This document shows positions 1 through 9,598 of a stretch of DNA of 64,000 bases, one piece after another. Under the pieces are notes generated by a model. The model ran no database searches. It saw only the letters and a list, made by a program, of their open reading frames with translations, and had not been told where the DNA came from. The stretch comes from Candidatus Parcubacteria bacterium (GTDB lineage: Bacteria; Patescibacteriota; Patescibacteriia; Patescibacteriales; UBA12075). Position 1 is the stretch's first letter. Each line of letters begins with the position of its first letter. The DNA lies in NCBI GenBank assembly GCA_002869165.1, contig PKTK01000001.1, positions 446,005 to 510,004 on the forward strand, read 5' to 3'. The position numbers and the translations under genes were made by a program.

Positions 1-489
1 TTCTTTTACTAGATTATCTTTGGTATCTCGAAATGCATGATACCATTCACTTTCATGCTTGTGTCTAATCTTCTCAATATCCTTTTTTTCAACTTCATCA
101 GGTAATTTTGATAAAGTTTCAGACAAGGTAATGTTTTCTAACTTTTGCTTGGCGAATAACCTAGCAGAAACAGGTTCACTCTGAGCTAGTTCGACAAAAT
201 CACTATTATTTTTTTGATAAAGCCTATTAAGTCTAAAATCCTTAGCTACCTTTTCATGGGTAAGCATAAATTCATCTTTAGCTTTTTGATACAACCTAGC
301 TATCCTAAAATCTTCAGCAACTTTTTCATGCGTTAAAACACGTGGAGCTTTTGCAGACTCCGCGAATCCAGTAATTCTAAAGCTTTTAGCAAACCTTTCA
401 TGCGCTAATCGCAATCCTTCTCCTTTGATATCAAAATAGGAAAGTAAAAATTGATCAAAAGATAGTTTTTGATTGTTTTTTTCTGGCAT
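1..489 (-). CDS. hypothetical protein, C-terminus cut by window edge
   Basis: Open frame from ATG at 489-487 to position 1 (absent from ORF track because no stop lies in the window); MPEKNNQKLSFDQ...; three ~22-aa tandem repeats of form (A/T)HE(R/K)(F/V)AxxFRxxRLYQK; no family recognised. Confidence 0.4.
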   Translation of the reverse strand, partial: MPEKNNQKLSFDQFLLSYFDIKGEGLRLAHERFAKSFRITGFAESAKAPRVLTHEKVAEDFRIARLYQKAKDEFMLTHEKVAKDFRLNRLYQKNNSDFVELAQSEPVSARLFAKQKLENITLSETLSKLPDEVEKKDIEKIRHKHESEWYHAFRDTKDNLVKE

Positions 490-590
490 AGGGATTAAAG
501 TTATACACAGAGTTTTTTATCTTATGTAATTATAACACATTTTCACAATTTAGGAAAACAATATAAATATTTTATTAAAAATATATTTAA

Positions 591-781
591 AAAAACCAAA
601 CAATCTAATGATGTTTGGTTATTTTTTATTCTAATTTGTTTGTTTTTTGTGTCCTTGCGTCCTATTTTTGTCATTCTCGAGCCACTCCCTGTGTCATTAT
701 GCCTGTCCCGTCTTTTCTACTGTTTACGGAATTCTTCGCTAAAACTCAGAATGTCACTTAAGGAAAGGTATTCTTAATTCG
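591..781. repeat. composite intergenic repeat, copy 1 (terminator-like hairpin module + GTCAT-hairpin element + one TTCTTAA unit)
   Basis: Hairpin AACCAAACA-n9-TGTTTGGTT plus T-run (595-629), conserved tail CTAATTTGTTTG, hairpin element tgtcattctcgag...ctcagaatgtcac (669-757), then aggtattcttaatt. Near-identical modules at 30525-30688 and 60265-60480. Confidence 0.75.
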
Positions 782-992
782 TAAAAAAATAGCTTATTTT
801 TACACAAATATTACATCAATTTAAAACAAAAACTGCATTCAAAAAACCATTTATTTCATTATATTTCTCATAAACACCAAAACCCTTGCCAAAAAGTAAA
901 TAATATGTTAGTATTTTCATAGCTAAATTAAATTTTTATTTATAACAAAAAATAGCGAAATTCGCGCTTTTTTTTGTTTTCAATACATCCGT

Positions 993-1274
993 ATGAAAAA
1001 AGGTATTCATCCAGATTACAAAGAGGCAACAGTAGAATGTGTTTGTGGACATAATTTCAAAACTGGTTCCACCAAAGAGAAAATCACTACAGAGCTATGT
1101 TCAAACTGTCATCCTTTTTATACTGGTAAACAAAAATTGGTTGATACAGCTAGAAGAGTTGAAAAATTCCAAGCCAAACAAAAAGCTAAAGCTGAAATCA
1201 GTAAAACCAAAAAAGGGAAAACTGCTAAAAGAGCTATAAGGGCCAAAAAGCAAGAACAAAAAGCTGAAAAATAA
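993..1274 (+). CDS. rpmE: 50S ribosomal protein L31
   Basis: MKKGIHPDY...CxC...[13 protein letters not shown] signature; Lys-rich tail; TAA stop. Confidence 0.95.
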   Translation: MKKGIHPDYKEATVECVCGHNFKTGSTKEKITTELCSNCHPFYTGKQKLVDTARRVEKFQAKQKAKAEISKTKKGKTAKRAIRAKKQEQKAEK

Positions 1275-1399
1275 ATATACAAGCGGTTGTATTTTTATTG
1301 TATTTTTTTATTTAGAAAGAGTATAATAAAAATACGACCGCTTTTTTTAAATTCTAAGTTTTAAGAAAGGTGGAAAAATTTTAAAATAATAATATTCAC

Positions 1400-1439
1400 G
1401 AGATTCCCTTTCCTTCCTTCGGTCGCCGGGAATGACAAG
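1400..1439. repeat. GTCAT-hairpin element, right half only
   Basis: gagattccctttccttccttcggtcgccgggaatgacaag, matches right arm of element at 4706-4895; ends 7 nt before prfA ATG. Confidence 0.6.
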
Positions 1440-1445
1440 AAATAA

Positions 1446-2492
1446 ATGTACGAAGAAATTTTAAAAAAATACGAAGAACTTGAAAACCAAATGCAGGATC
1501 CTGCTATTATTTCTGATGTTTCAAAAATGACTAAAACATCCAAGGAACTATCAGAATTAAAAGATGTTGTTACAAAAATCAAAGAAATCAATTCCATCCT
1601 TATATCTATAAAAGAAAACGAAGAAATAATGGACTCCGAACCAGATTCTGAACTAGCTGAAATTGCTGAAATGGAAATAAATGATATGAACACAAGAAAA
1701 GCGAATCTAGAAGAAAAAATTGAAGAAGAGTTAAATCCCGATGATCCAAACGACAAAAAAAATATTATTATGGAAATCAGAGCCGGAACAGGTGGAGATG
1801 AGTCTGCTCTATTTGCTGCTGAACTATTTCGTATGTATTCACGTTTTGCTGAAACAAATGGTTTTAAAATAAATATACTTGATTCAAATACTATTGGAAT
1901 TGGCGGGTTCAAAGAAGTCATCTTTGAAATAAAAGGAACTGGCGCTTATAGTATATTCAAATACGAAGCAGGAACTCATCGCGTACAAAGAGTACCAGAA
2001 ACTGAAAAACAAGGTCGAGTACATACCTCTGCAGTTACAGTAGCAGTTTTGCCTGAAGTTGAAGAAGTAGAAATAGATATTAAAAACGAAGATCTACGAA
2101 TCGATACCTATGCTGCTTCCGGGCCTGGTGGACAATGTGTAAATACCACCAATTCAGCCGTAAGAATCACTCATATCCCAAGCGGACTAGTAGTTCAATG
2201 CCAAGACCAAAAAGATCAGCACCAAAATAAAGACAAGGCCATGCAAATACTACGAAGTCGTTTACAAGCCAAAATCGATGAAGAAAAGCAGGCTACTGAA
2301 TCAGCGCAAAGAAAATCGCAAATCGGTTCAGGCGACAGATCAGAAAAGATCAGAACCTATAACTTTCCTCAAGACAGAATTACAGACCACAGGATAAAAA
2401 AATCCTGGTCAAATATGCAGAACATCCTTGGTGGAGACCTAAGCGATGTCCTTGCCTCGTTAAAACAAGCAGAAAAAGAACAAAGGCAATAA
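1446..2492 (+). CDS. prfA: peptide chain release factor 1
   Basis: GGQ motif ([11 protein letters not shown]) and RF1-type block [18 protein letters not shown] (PxT tripeptide is PET here); followed by prmC as in many bacteria. Confidence 0.95.
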   Translation: MYEEILKKYEELENQMQDPAIISDVSKMTKTSKELSELKDVVTKIKEINSILISIKENEEIMDSEPDSELAEIAEMEINDMNTRKANLEEKIEEELNPDDPNDKKNIIMEIRAGTGGDESALFAAELFRMYSRFAETNGFKINILDSNTIGIGGFKEVIFEIKGTGAYSIFKYEAGTHRVQRVPETEKQGRVHTSAVTVAVLPEVEEVEIDIKNEDLRIDTYAASGPGGQCVNTTNSAVRITHIPSGLVVQCQDQKDQHQNKDKAMQILRSRLQAKIDEEKQATESAQRKSQIGSGDRSEKIRTYNFPQDRITDHRIKKSWSNMQNILGGDLSDVLASLKQAEKEQRQ

Positions 2493-2493
2493 A

Positions 2494-2527
2494 AAAACGA
2501 TTTCCCTTTTTGGAAAATCGTTTTTAA
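2494..2527 (+). terminator. rho-independent terminator after prfA (usable on both strands)
   Basis: aacgatttcc-ctttt-tggaaaatcgtt stem-loop followed by ttttt. Confidence 0.65.
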
Positions 2528-2537
2528 ATTTTTAAAA

Positions 2538-2837
2538 TCAAATTTCTAATAATCTCTTGATATCAGTTACGGTTCTTTTATCTCTGAATGGTTTTAATCT
2601 AGCGTCTAGATAAAAAATTGACTTGTAGGTAATTTTTCTTGAAAATGGTTTTTCCTTTTCTTTGGAAAATATTTTTAGTTCTACGATCCAACCCCCTTCT
2701 CTGTAGTTCTCATTCCAAATCTCCAAAACTGTCAAAGCAGTCCTTTTTGCCAAATAGTGAGATCTGTCTACGAAATCAATTGATCGATAAAAACTAGAAT
2801 TACTTACTCTTCTTATCTCAATCTTATAAAAATTCAT
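2538..2837 (-). CDS. hypothetical protein
   Basis: ORF track 2538..2873; likelier start MNFYKIEIRR at 2837, which avoids overlap with prmC; no recognisable family. Confidence 0.35.
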   Translation of the reverse strand: MNFYKIEIRRVSNSSFYRSIDFVDRSHYLAKRTALTVLEIWNENYREGGWIVELKIFSKEKEKPFSRKITYKSIFYLDARLKPFRDKRTVTDIKRLLEI

Positions 2838-2855
2838 TGCTCCCCTCCCGATTTT

Positions 2856-3758
2856 ATGAAAAACATAAAACAAATATTAAAAGAACATAATAAAATAATA
2901 GCAAAAAATCTTTTAAATAATCAAGACCTTGAACTCTTACTGTCTCATGCCATAAAAAAAGACAAGATTTTTTTATTTACCTATCCTGAGACCAAGCTTA
3001 ACATTCTAGAATATATTAAATTTAAGTATTACATAAAAAAACGCCTAGCTGGCTTTTCAGTTGCCACAATTACAGGCAAAAAAAGCTTCTATGGTATAGA
3101 ATTCTTAGTAAACAAACATGTACTTGTTCCTCGTCCAGAAACTGAAATGATGGTTGATGAAGTACGTACATATGTACGTACATATAAACCTACAAATATT
3201 ACCATGATAGACATTGGCACCGGCACAGCATGTATTCCTATTAGTATTTTAAAAAATATTGATGTAGAAAATACTAATTTTTATGCTATAGATATTTCAA
3301 AAAAAGCATTAAAGATTGCTAAGCAAAACATTAAAATACATGGATTAAATAATAAAATTGAACTGAAAAAAAGTGACCTTTTAAAAGAAATTGTAAGCCC
3401 GCCTGAATCGGAACGGGCAAGTTGGAAATTGAAAATTGAAAATTCTGACATTATAATAACTGCTAATCTTCCCTATCTTACCAAAGAACAAATCCAAGGC
3501 TCGCCTAGTATTCACAAAGAGCCTAAACTTGCCTTGGACGGTGGGAAAAACGGTATGGATCTTTATATAAAACTTTTTACACAAATAAAACATGTCACAC
3601 AGGAATACCAGCCAAGTTCCCTATTCCTTTTATGTGAAATAGGCGCCTTGCAATCAAAAATATTCAAAAAAAGCTTACTTCACATATTACCAAATGCTAA
3701 AATAAATATAAAAAAAGACCTAGCTGGTCTTGATAGAATTGTGACAATCAATTGTTAA
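2856..3758 (+). CDS. prmC: release factor glutamine N5-methyltransferase (HemK/PrmC)
   Basis: SAM-binding DIGTGTACI and catalytic ITANLPYL (NPPY-type motif, here NLPY); sits directly after prfA. Confidence 0.85.
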   Translation: MKNIKQILKEHNKIIAKNLLNNQDLELLLSHAIKKDKIFLFTYPETKLNILEYIKFKYYIKKRLAGFSVATITGKKSFYGIEFLVNKHVLVPRPETEMMVDEVRTYVRTYKPTNITMIDIGTGTACIPISILKNIDVENTNFYAIDISKKALKIAKQNIKIHGLNNKIELKKSDLLKEIVSPPESERASWKLKIENSDIIITANLPYLTKEQIQGSPSIHKEPKLALDGGKNGMDLYIKLFTQIKHVTQEYQPSSLFLLCEIGALQSKIFKKSLLHILPNAKINIKKDLAGLDRIVTINC

Positions 3759-3775
3759 TTTAAAAGGAGGGGATC

Positions 3776-3940
3776 GTGAAATACGAAGAAATAATTGATC
3801 TTATTCTTTCAGAAAGAAACAAAATAGATGAAACAGTTAACGATATCCTAAAACAAAACAGTAGCCTCTCTATGAGACCAGACACTCCTCCCGTTGATTT
3901 AAAATATCTTGAAAAGAATAAATCTATTTTCATCCGCTAA
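3776..3940 (+). CDS. small hypothetical protein (54 aa, GTG start)
   Basis: Strong SD aaaaggagggg 5 nt upstream of GTG 3776; VKYEEIIDLILSERNKIDETV...; followed by terminator; below ORF-track size cutoff. Confidence 0.35.
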   Translation: MKYEEIIDLILSERNKIDETVNDILKQNSSLSMRPDTPPVDLKYLEKNKSIFIR

Positions 3941-3955
3941 TAAAAAATAAAAAAA

Positions 3956-3984
3956 CCTACGCTAAATGCTCGTAGGTTTTAATT
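3956..3984 (+). terminator. rho-independent terminator
   Basis: cctacg-ctaaatgct-cgtagg followed by ttttaatttt. Confidence 0.65.
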
Positions 3985-4066
3985 TTGTTTAATCTATATG
4001 GTGACTTGACCACAATTCATGATCTATAACTTTGCTCTTAATATTATTTTGCGAAGAAAAAATTTA

Positions 4067-4462
4067 CTATTCTCTTACAATCGGTTTAACATCTTGAATA
4101 AAATACGTAGTTGAACCAAGCCATGGCCTTAATAATAAATTTTGATGGTACGATAGTTTAACCATTTCTTGTTTTTCTAACGCATCCTGGATATATCCAA
4201 TTAAAACTTCGTTATTCTTATCAACACTAAAATCCCATGTGTTGGTAGTTACTGTTCCCTGTCCTCCTAAAATTAATTGTCCCTCCCAAGTTTTCCAACG
4301 AATACCTTTGTGTGAAAACTTAGTTACGATCCCTACGCGATCACCATCCCCAATACAAAAACCACCACTACCAGCTACTACAGCAAACAAAATGCCAACA
4401 ATAGAAAGGGCAATCATTAATTCAATCAAAGTAAAACCTTTAGCGTTAAATAAATGTTTCAT
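4067..4462 (-). CDS. type IV pilin-like protein (prepilin N-terminal cleavage/methylation domain)
   Basis: N-terminus MKHLFNAKGFTLIELMIALSIVGILFAVV is the class III signal (G/FTLIELMI) with hydrophobic helix. Confidence 0.8.
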   Translation of the reverse strand: MKHLFNAKGFTLIELMIALSIVGILFAVVAGSGGFCIGDGDRVGIVTKFSHKGIRWKTWEGQLILGGQGTVTTNTWDFSVDKNNEVLIGYIQDALEKQEMVKLSYHQNLLLRPWLGSTTYFIQDVKPIVRE

Positions 4463-4705
4463 TACTTTCTCCTTTTAGATTAAAATTATAAAAAATATTC
4501 AAAACAACATTTTTATTATCCAAATTTTTAAATAGAAATAAAACAATTTTCAAAAGGACAATAAATTAAAATATCACAATCATCGCATTTCGTCAAGTTA
4601 ATGTAGCTCTGCACCATTTAGTGTGGTGCAAAAGTCTATTTGAGTCTATAAGTTATTGGCTAAAATAGGCTTTCTCAAAAAAGATATTTTAAAAATAAAA
4701 ATAGT

Positions 4706-4895
4706 TGTCATTCCCGGCCGGAGCCTTATGAGCGGAGCGAATAAGCGCAGGGGAAGGGAATCTAGGGATCAAAGCTACAAATATTAACAAATAAAACAAA
4801 TATAATTAACTTTTTTTGCTGTTTTTATTTTGAATTGATATTATTACGGATCTCCCCTGGATTCCCTTCCCTCGCTATCGCTCGCCGGGAATGAG
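4706..4895. repeat. GTCAT-hairpin element, long form
   Basis: Left arm tgtcattcccggccgg...ggggaagggaatc, right arm ggattcccttccctcgc...cgccgggaatgag, AT-rich ~85-bp spacer. Confidence 0.8.
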
Positions 4896-5060
4896 AAAAG
4901 AGAATGCTGTCAGTGAATTAGTTAACATCCACAAGAATAACAAAAAATGCCACGCTAAATATTATAGAGTTGTTAATGTACTATTAAGGTACATAGGTAA
5001 CACTTTATAATATTTAAATAATTAGAAAGGCGGCATTACTTCTAATTTAAAAATAAAAAA

Positions 5061-5118
5061 GTGTTACTCTGAGTGAAGCGAATAATCTCGAAATCATTCG
5101 CTTCACTCAAAATAACAC
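5061..5118. repeat. GTCAT-hairpin-family element, compact variant
   Basis: gtgttactctgagtgaagcgaataatc / gaaatcattcgcttcactcaaaataacac inverted arms; followed by degenerate ttaattcttaatt. Confidence 0.7.
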
Positions 5119-5153
5119 CTAAGACAAAACATCCTTATTTTTAATTCTTAATT

Positions 5154-6284
5154 TTAATTAAAACTATACTCAATCTCTGGCCTCACCACCTCTACCCAGG
5201 TCATACCTGGATTAAACTTTAATTCTTTACCTTCTTCAGTATAAAATCTTGTTCTATCACTAGTATGTTCTTTTTTCCAAGACGCTGTCTTACATGTTCC
5301 GTCCATACAAACAAGGGCTTTTCCTGAGCCAATATTCTCCATTTCCAATCGAAGCTCTTCATCCACTTCTTCTGCTTCCGCTATTTGAATAAGTACATTC
5401 TTGGCGGTAATTATTTCACCACTAGCATCCATGTACGGATCTTCTGCTACATATCTTATATAACTATTATCTATTTTATCATATTTCCATTCTACCTTAT
5501 GCGTTTCCAAGCGATAAGATATATTTATCGAACCTGAATCTGGTCGCTCTTCTTCGCTGGCCTCATCCTTAAACTCCCAAGGTATAAATCTATTTGAATC
5601 TACGCTACTATCTGCCATATACTCCTCTAAAAGTTCAGTTGAAGTAAAAACATTGTGAGGCATATCTCTATTGTCATCTCGCCAAAAATACTGACCATTA
5701 TAGAATTCATTTATTGATTCTATTTTATCCATTTGTAACTTGACAAGCGCATCAGGACTTCCGCCAACATGTGTATAAAGTGCTGAAAGTTCCCTAGCCC
5801 AGTCTATAAAATATGGCCTAGCACTTCTAACTGGTCCAATTTTTTCAATTTCTTGTCCAGTAGAAAAAACTCCCATTATTCTAGTTATACCTCCCTCGAC
5901 TTCAGCTTCAAAAACTAAATGAGCTTTTGAAAGTCCAGCTGGAGGTCTAGCATCCCAATGATTATCAATCATAACTGCTATTAAATAATTTGCATCTTCT
6001 CCTTCTGGAACTAACACTCCATCAATCTTCCGCTTGACCAGTTTTTCCCCTTCTTCTATTTCACTTTTTTTTGCATCACCAATTATCAATCCAGCATCTT
6101 GCTTATCTTGATTAAAAAGATAAAAAAACACAAAAACCAAAACAAGCAAAGATACAACAAAAATGACTAGATTAACCATTAAGAATATCTTTGCTCTTTT
6201 TTTTCTTTTTTGGATTTCGTCATTTAGACTCAAATCTGTTTTTTCAACAGCAGAATCGTCTTGAGAAATATTTTCTTCCTCCAT
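5154..6284 (-). CDS. DUF3048 (YerB-like) membrane-anchored protein
   Basis: N-terminal TM helix; core DNHWDARPPAGLSKAHLVFEAEVEGGITRIMGVF typical of DUF3048. Confidence 0.7.
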   Translation of the reverse strand: MEEENISQDDSAVEKTDLSLNDEIQKRKKRAKIFLMVNLVIFVVSLLVLVFVFFYLFNQDKQDAGLIIGDAKKSEIEEGEKLVKRKIDGVLVPEGEDANYLIAVMIDNHWDARPPAGLSKAHLVFEAEVEGGITRIMGVFSTGQEIEKIGPVRSARPYFIDWARELSALYTHVGGSPDALVKLQMDKIESINEFYNGQYFWRDDNRDMPHNVFTSTELLEEYMADSSVDSNRFIPWEFKDEASEEERPDSGSINISYRLETHKVEWKYDKIDNSYIRYVAEDPYMDASGEIITAKNVLIQIAEAEEVDEELRLEMENIGSGKALVCMDGTCKTASWKKEHTSDRTRFYTEEGKELKFNPGMTWVEVVRPEIEYSFN

Positions 6285-6298
6285 CTATTTAAAAAAGT

Positions 6299-6943
6299 TT
6301 ATTTTTGTTCTTGAGCCTCATCTTCTTTTGCAGGCTCTGCTACAGCTTCTGCACTTTCCTCAGTTACAGTCGACTCCTCTTCGACAACTTGAACCTCTGA
6401 AGTCGATACGATTGCATCTGTTTCCAATGTGATCAATTTATAACTTTCAGGCAAAGCGATATCCCCTACTTTGATTGTATCACCGAATTTTTTAATTTTT
6501 GACATATCTACTTCAAACTTTTCTACTAAATCACCTGGTAAACACCTTACATTAATTGTTTCAAGATTTTTAACAATTGACACAGTAGAGTCTTTCTCCA
6601 GGATGCTTTCGCCTACAAACTCAAGTGGAATTTCTACATCAATTGTTTCTTTCATATCTACTTGATAAAAATCAACATGTTCAATTTTGTCTTTCACTGC
6701 GTTGAATTGAACATCTTTAATAATAACTGTTGCTTTTTCTTTGTCAATTTCTACATCAATCAAAGTTGATTCACCAGCACTCTCGTAGATTTTCTCAAAA
6801 TCAACTAAATTAATCTTAATTGATTTATTTTTAATTCCTTTTCCGTAAATATTGGCAGGAATAAGACCTGTTTTTCTTAACTCATTTACATTTTTATCTT
6901 CTGCTGACCTCAAAATAGCAGTTAAATTCATTTTTTTTGTCAT
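6299..6943 (-). CDS. rplY: 50S ribosomal protein L25/general stress protein Ctc
   Basis: LRKTGLIPANIYGKG N-terminal L25 signature, two-domain Ctc length, acidic tail. Confidence 0.9.
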   Translation of the reverse strand: MTKKMNLTAILRSAEDKNVNELRKTGLIPANIYGKGIKNKSIKINLVDFEKIYESAGESTLIDVEIDKEKATVIIKDVQFNAVKDKIEHVDFYQVDMKETIDVEIPLEFVGESILEKDSTVSIVKNLETINVRCLPGDLVEKFEVDMSKIKKFGDTIKVGDIALPESYKLITLETDAIVSTSEVQVVEEESTVTEESAEAVAEPAKEDEAQEQK

Positions 6944-6975
6944 GATTTTATTGTTCGTACAATTCTAGTACTTTC

Positions 6976-8079
6976 TTAATATTTAAACTTGGACCGTATT
7001 ATAATGCTTTCACATATACCGATCAATATAAGGCTAGCAACAATAGCTGAGCCCCCATAACTTAAAAAAGGCAAAGAAATACCCACAACGGGCAGTATGC
7101 CTATATTCATACCTATATTAATAAACATTTCAATAAAAAGCAAGGTGCAGGTGCCAAGAAGGAAATATACCGCGAAATCATTGTTTATTAGCCTAGCTGC
7201 TCGTATTAATCTATAAAAAATAACTGCAAAAAACAAAATTATTAACATTACTCCCAAAAACCCCAATTCTTCAGCTACCACTGCAAAAATGAAGTCATTT
7301 TGACTTTCTGGAAGAAACTTTAATTGTGATTGAGAACCAAAACCAATACCTCTGCCAGCAATACCACCTGAACAAACCGCAATTATTGCCTGAGTTATAT
7401 TATAACCTTCATCCAAAGAGTTTGCAGTTGGATTTAAAAATGTCATCAACCTTTCCTTTTGATAATCTTCAAAAAATACAAACCACCCGCTTAAAAAAGT
7501 CAAAAAAATTACACCTGCTATCACAACAAAATACTTCTTGGGGATTCCTGAAACGAACACCATACCTGACCATAAGGCAAAAAGTAGGAGTGCTGATCCA
7601 AAATCTGGCTGAAGTAAAACTAATGCTATAAAAACCACTGTTCCTAGTCCAGAAAGAACCAAGTGCCTAAAAGGATTTAACTTAACTGATACACCTGAAT
7701 AATATCTTGCTAAAAACACGATTAAAATAATTTTTATAAATTCAACCGGTTGCATGCTTATCCCACCAAAATCAAACCAACCAGTAGTTCCTCTAACGGT
7801 TTTACCGAAAAGCAATACTGATACAAGCATTACAACGCCAAAAATATACAAATAAACACTAAAGCTTCTAAAATTTAAAAAATCTAAAAATGATATGATG
7901 AAAATTAAAGCAACCCCTAAAAAAGCAAAAGCTAATTGCTTCTTAAAATTAACTAAACCAATCGTGTCGTTACCCAAAGCAATACTATAAATTTCTGCCA
8001 AACCAAAACTAATCAGTAAAATAGTTGCTGAGAAAAGTATCCAATCAAAATTTTTTAGATAAACAAATAGTCTATTCAT
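6976..8079 (-). CDS. FtsW/RodA/SpoVE (SEDS) family peptidoglycan glycosyltransferase
   Basis: ~10 TM segments, conserved QLKFLPESQNDFIFAVVAEELGF and PFLSYGGS blocks. Confidence 0.85.
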   Translation of the reverse strand: MNRLFVYLKNFDWILFSATILLISFGLAEIYSIALGNDTIGLVNFKKQLAFAFLGVALIFIISFLDFLNFRSFSVYLYIFGVVMLVSVLLFGKTVRGTTGWFDFGGISMQPVEFIKIILIVFLARYYSGVSVKLNPFRHLVLSGLGTVVFIALVLLQPDFGSALLLFALWSGMVFVSGIPKKYFVVIAGVIFLTFLSGWFVFFEDYQKERLMTFLNPTANSLDEGYNITQAIIAVCSGGIAGRGIGFGSQSQLKFLPESQNDFIFAVVAEELGFLGVMLIILFFAVIFYRLIRAARLINNDFAVYFLLGTCTLLFIEMFINIGMNIGILPVVGISLPFLSYGGSAIVASLILIGICESIIIRSKFKY

Positions 8080-8094
8080 TTAGCAAGAGCTCTT

Positions 8095-9081
8095 CTATCT
8101 AAATTCTCCCACAGGTGTATAAAATCTTTTATATATATCATCTTGAGTTATGTTTACATCTGGTTCAATTTTTATATCCGTTACGGCTTTTAACTTACCT
8201 GGCCAAGCAAAACTAACATTTCTTTCTGTTTCTGACTCAAAATCATTTACATTATATTTTGATACAGAAATAATATAAGAATAATTATACAATGAGATTA
8301 TTACAGGAAAATTCCAATAGTTATAAGAGCTATTATTACTTATATCAAAAGACAAAGTACTAAGCGGTATTCTTTCACTTAACTGCGTATTACCACTTGG
8401 TGCAAAAACTACATTAAAAATATCAACATCCATATGAGTTTCTTCAAAATTATCCCAGTCACCAAACAAGTGAGGATTAGTTCTATAGAACTGAATATCA
8501 CTAACTTCAACTTGTAACCCACCCAAAGCGCTGTCTAATTCATACCCCAAACTTAATAGATGTTTAGTTTCATCAGGTAAAATAAAGCCATCTTCTTCGG
8601 TGAGTATTTCACCATTATTTTTAAAAGTATATTTAAAAGTAGCATAGTGATCTTTGTTTGGATTTTTTATTTGTGTCAATAAATCACTTTTGGTGCCATT
8701 TCCTGGTATTACCTGCACTGGATAATACATCAAATTAGTGGCGGCTTTTTCATAATAAAAATCTATAGAAGGAAGCTTGTTATACATCACTTCTCTAGTT
8801 ACGTCTCTATTTTCAGTTATGCCATAAACAAGATATGAAAAAAATTGAAAAAAGAAAAATGACCAGGAAGCAAAAGCAAAGAGAAGTAAACTAAAATAAA
8901 AAGCGCTTACTAAATTTGATTTATTGCTAAGTATCCAAAAACCAAAATCCATTTTAGCCACACTAAGGCCTTCAGGATCATGATACCTATTGATATTAAC
9001 TCTACTGGGTGGCTCTAATTCAATTTGTTCGGAATCTGTTTGATTTGGATTTTGATTGTTTTTTATATTCTCCTCCATCAT
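8095..9081 (-). CDS. hypothetical membrane-anchored protein
   Basis: Long ORF with two predicted TM helices (FGFWILS..., AFASWSFFFFQFF...); no family recognised. Confidence 0.5.
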   Translation of the reverse strand: MMEENIKNNQNPNQTDSEQIELEPPSRVNINRYHDPEGLSVAKMDFGFWILSNKSNLVSAFYFSLLLFAFASWSFFFFQFFSYLVYGITENRDVTREVMYNKLPSIDFYYEKAATNLMYYPVQVIPGNGTKSDLLTQIKNPNKDHYATFKYTFKNNGEILTEEDGFILPDETKHLLSLGYELDSALGGLQVEVSDIQFYRTNPHLFGDWDNFEETHMDVDIFNVVFAPSGNTQLSERIPLSTLSFDISNNSSYNYWNFPVIISLYNYSYIISVSKYNVNDFESETERNVSFAWPGKLKAVTDIKIEPDVNITQDDIYKRFYTPVGEFR

Positions 9082-9263
9082 GTTTTAATTATACAATAGA
9101 AATGGGTATTTTAGCAAACCCATCAAATTACATAATATAAACATTTAAATAAAGGTGGTTTAACACAACGAATACTATTAACCACATAAATTATGTAATT
9201 TGTTTAAAAAAAATTTATTAATTGTTTTGGTTTTACCGCTATTTACTGCCAATCTTTACTTGC

Positions 9264-9362
9264 ACGCTTCTCAGGATGGGTTCGAATAATCTTTGTCAAC
9301 TCAAAATAAAAAATCGCCTCTTCGAGACGATTGTTTATTCTGAGCCGACAAAGGGACTCGAA
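9264..9362. repeat. 99-bp direct repeat, copy 1 (terminator flank + last ~20 nt of tRNA-Thr)
   Basis: Nearly identical to 9447-9545; ends ...gccgacaaagggactcgaa, the T-loop-to-3' end of tRNA-Thr, then diverges. Confidence 0.85.
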
Positions 9363-9446
9363 GAGGCGGAAGCCTCACACCCTCATTTTTTCATTGTAGT
9401 ACTATATTGTTAGCCATTCCTAGATTTAGTGCTAGTTTTTTCTTCT

Positions 9447-9545
9447 ACGCATCTCAAGATGGATTCGAATAATCTTTGTCAACTCAAAATAAAAAATCGC
9501 CTCTTCGAGACGATTGTTTATTCTGAGCCGACAAAGGGACTCGAA
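9447..9545. repeat. 99-bp direct repeat, copy 2 (overlaps the real tRNA-Thr 3' end)
   Basis: Same sequence as 9264-9362, offset 183 bp. Confidence 0.85.
9488..9514 (-). terminator. terminator after tRNA-Thr
   Basis: Minus strand cgtctc-gaa-gaggcg hairpin followed by atttttt; the same hairpin follows tRNA-Lys. Confidence 0.55.
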
Positions 9546-9598
9546 CCCATGACCCACGGTTTACAAAACCGTTGCTCTACCAGCTGAGCTATGTCGGC
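9526..9598 (-). tRNA. tRNA-Thr (anticodon UGU)
   Basis: Manual cloverleaf: acceptor gccgaca/tgtcggc, D arm gctc-agctggta-gagc, anticodon stem acggt/accgt with loop tTTGTaa, T arm with ttcgagt; no encoded CCA. Confidence 0.9.

Noticed and set aside
1272-1274. Global reassignment of TAA to a sense codon.
   Set aside because: Most well-defined genes (rpmE, prfA, prmC, recR, gap, rpsB and others) end at TAA at the expected protein length, followed by terminator hairpins. Reading through would add long junk extensions.
1361-1921. 186-aa ORF antisense to prfA. Similar shadow ORFs occur at 14935..15267, 18001..18576, 29590..30246, 35233..35466, 43269..43850 and 44559..44900.
   Set aside because: They lie entirely opposite well-supported genes. 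They have low-complexity, Ser/Leu/Ile-rich or His/Leu-rich compositions typical of antisense frames in AT-rich or repeat DNA, and they lack ribosome-binding sites.
9222-9413. 63-aa ORF (TTG start) upstream of tRNA-Thr.
   Set aside because: It spans the duplicated tRNA flank and terminator sequence, with no SD and no coding signature.
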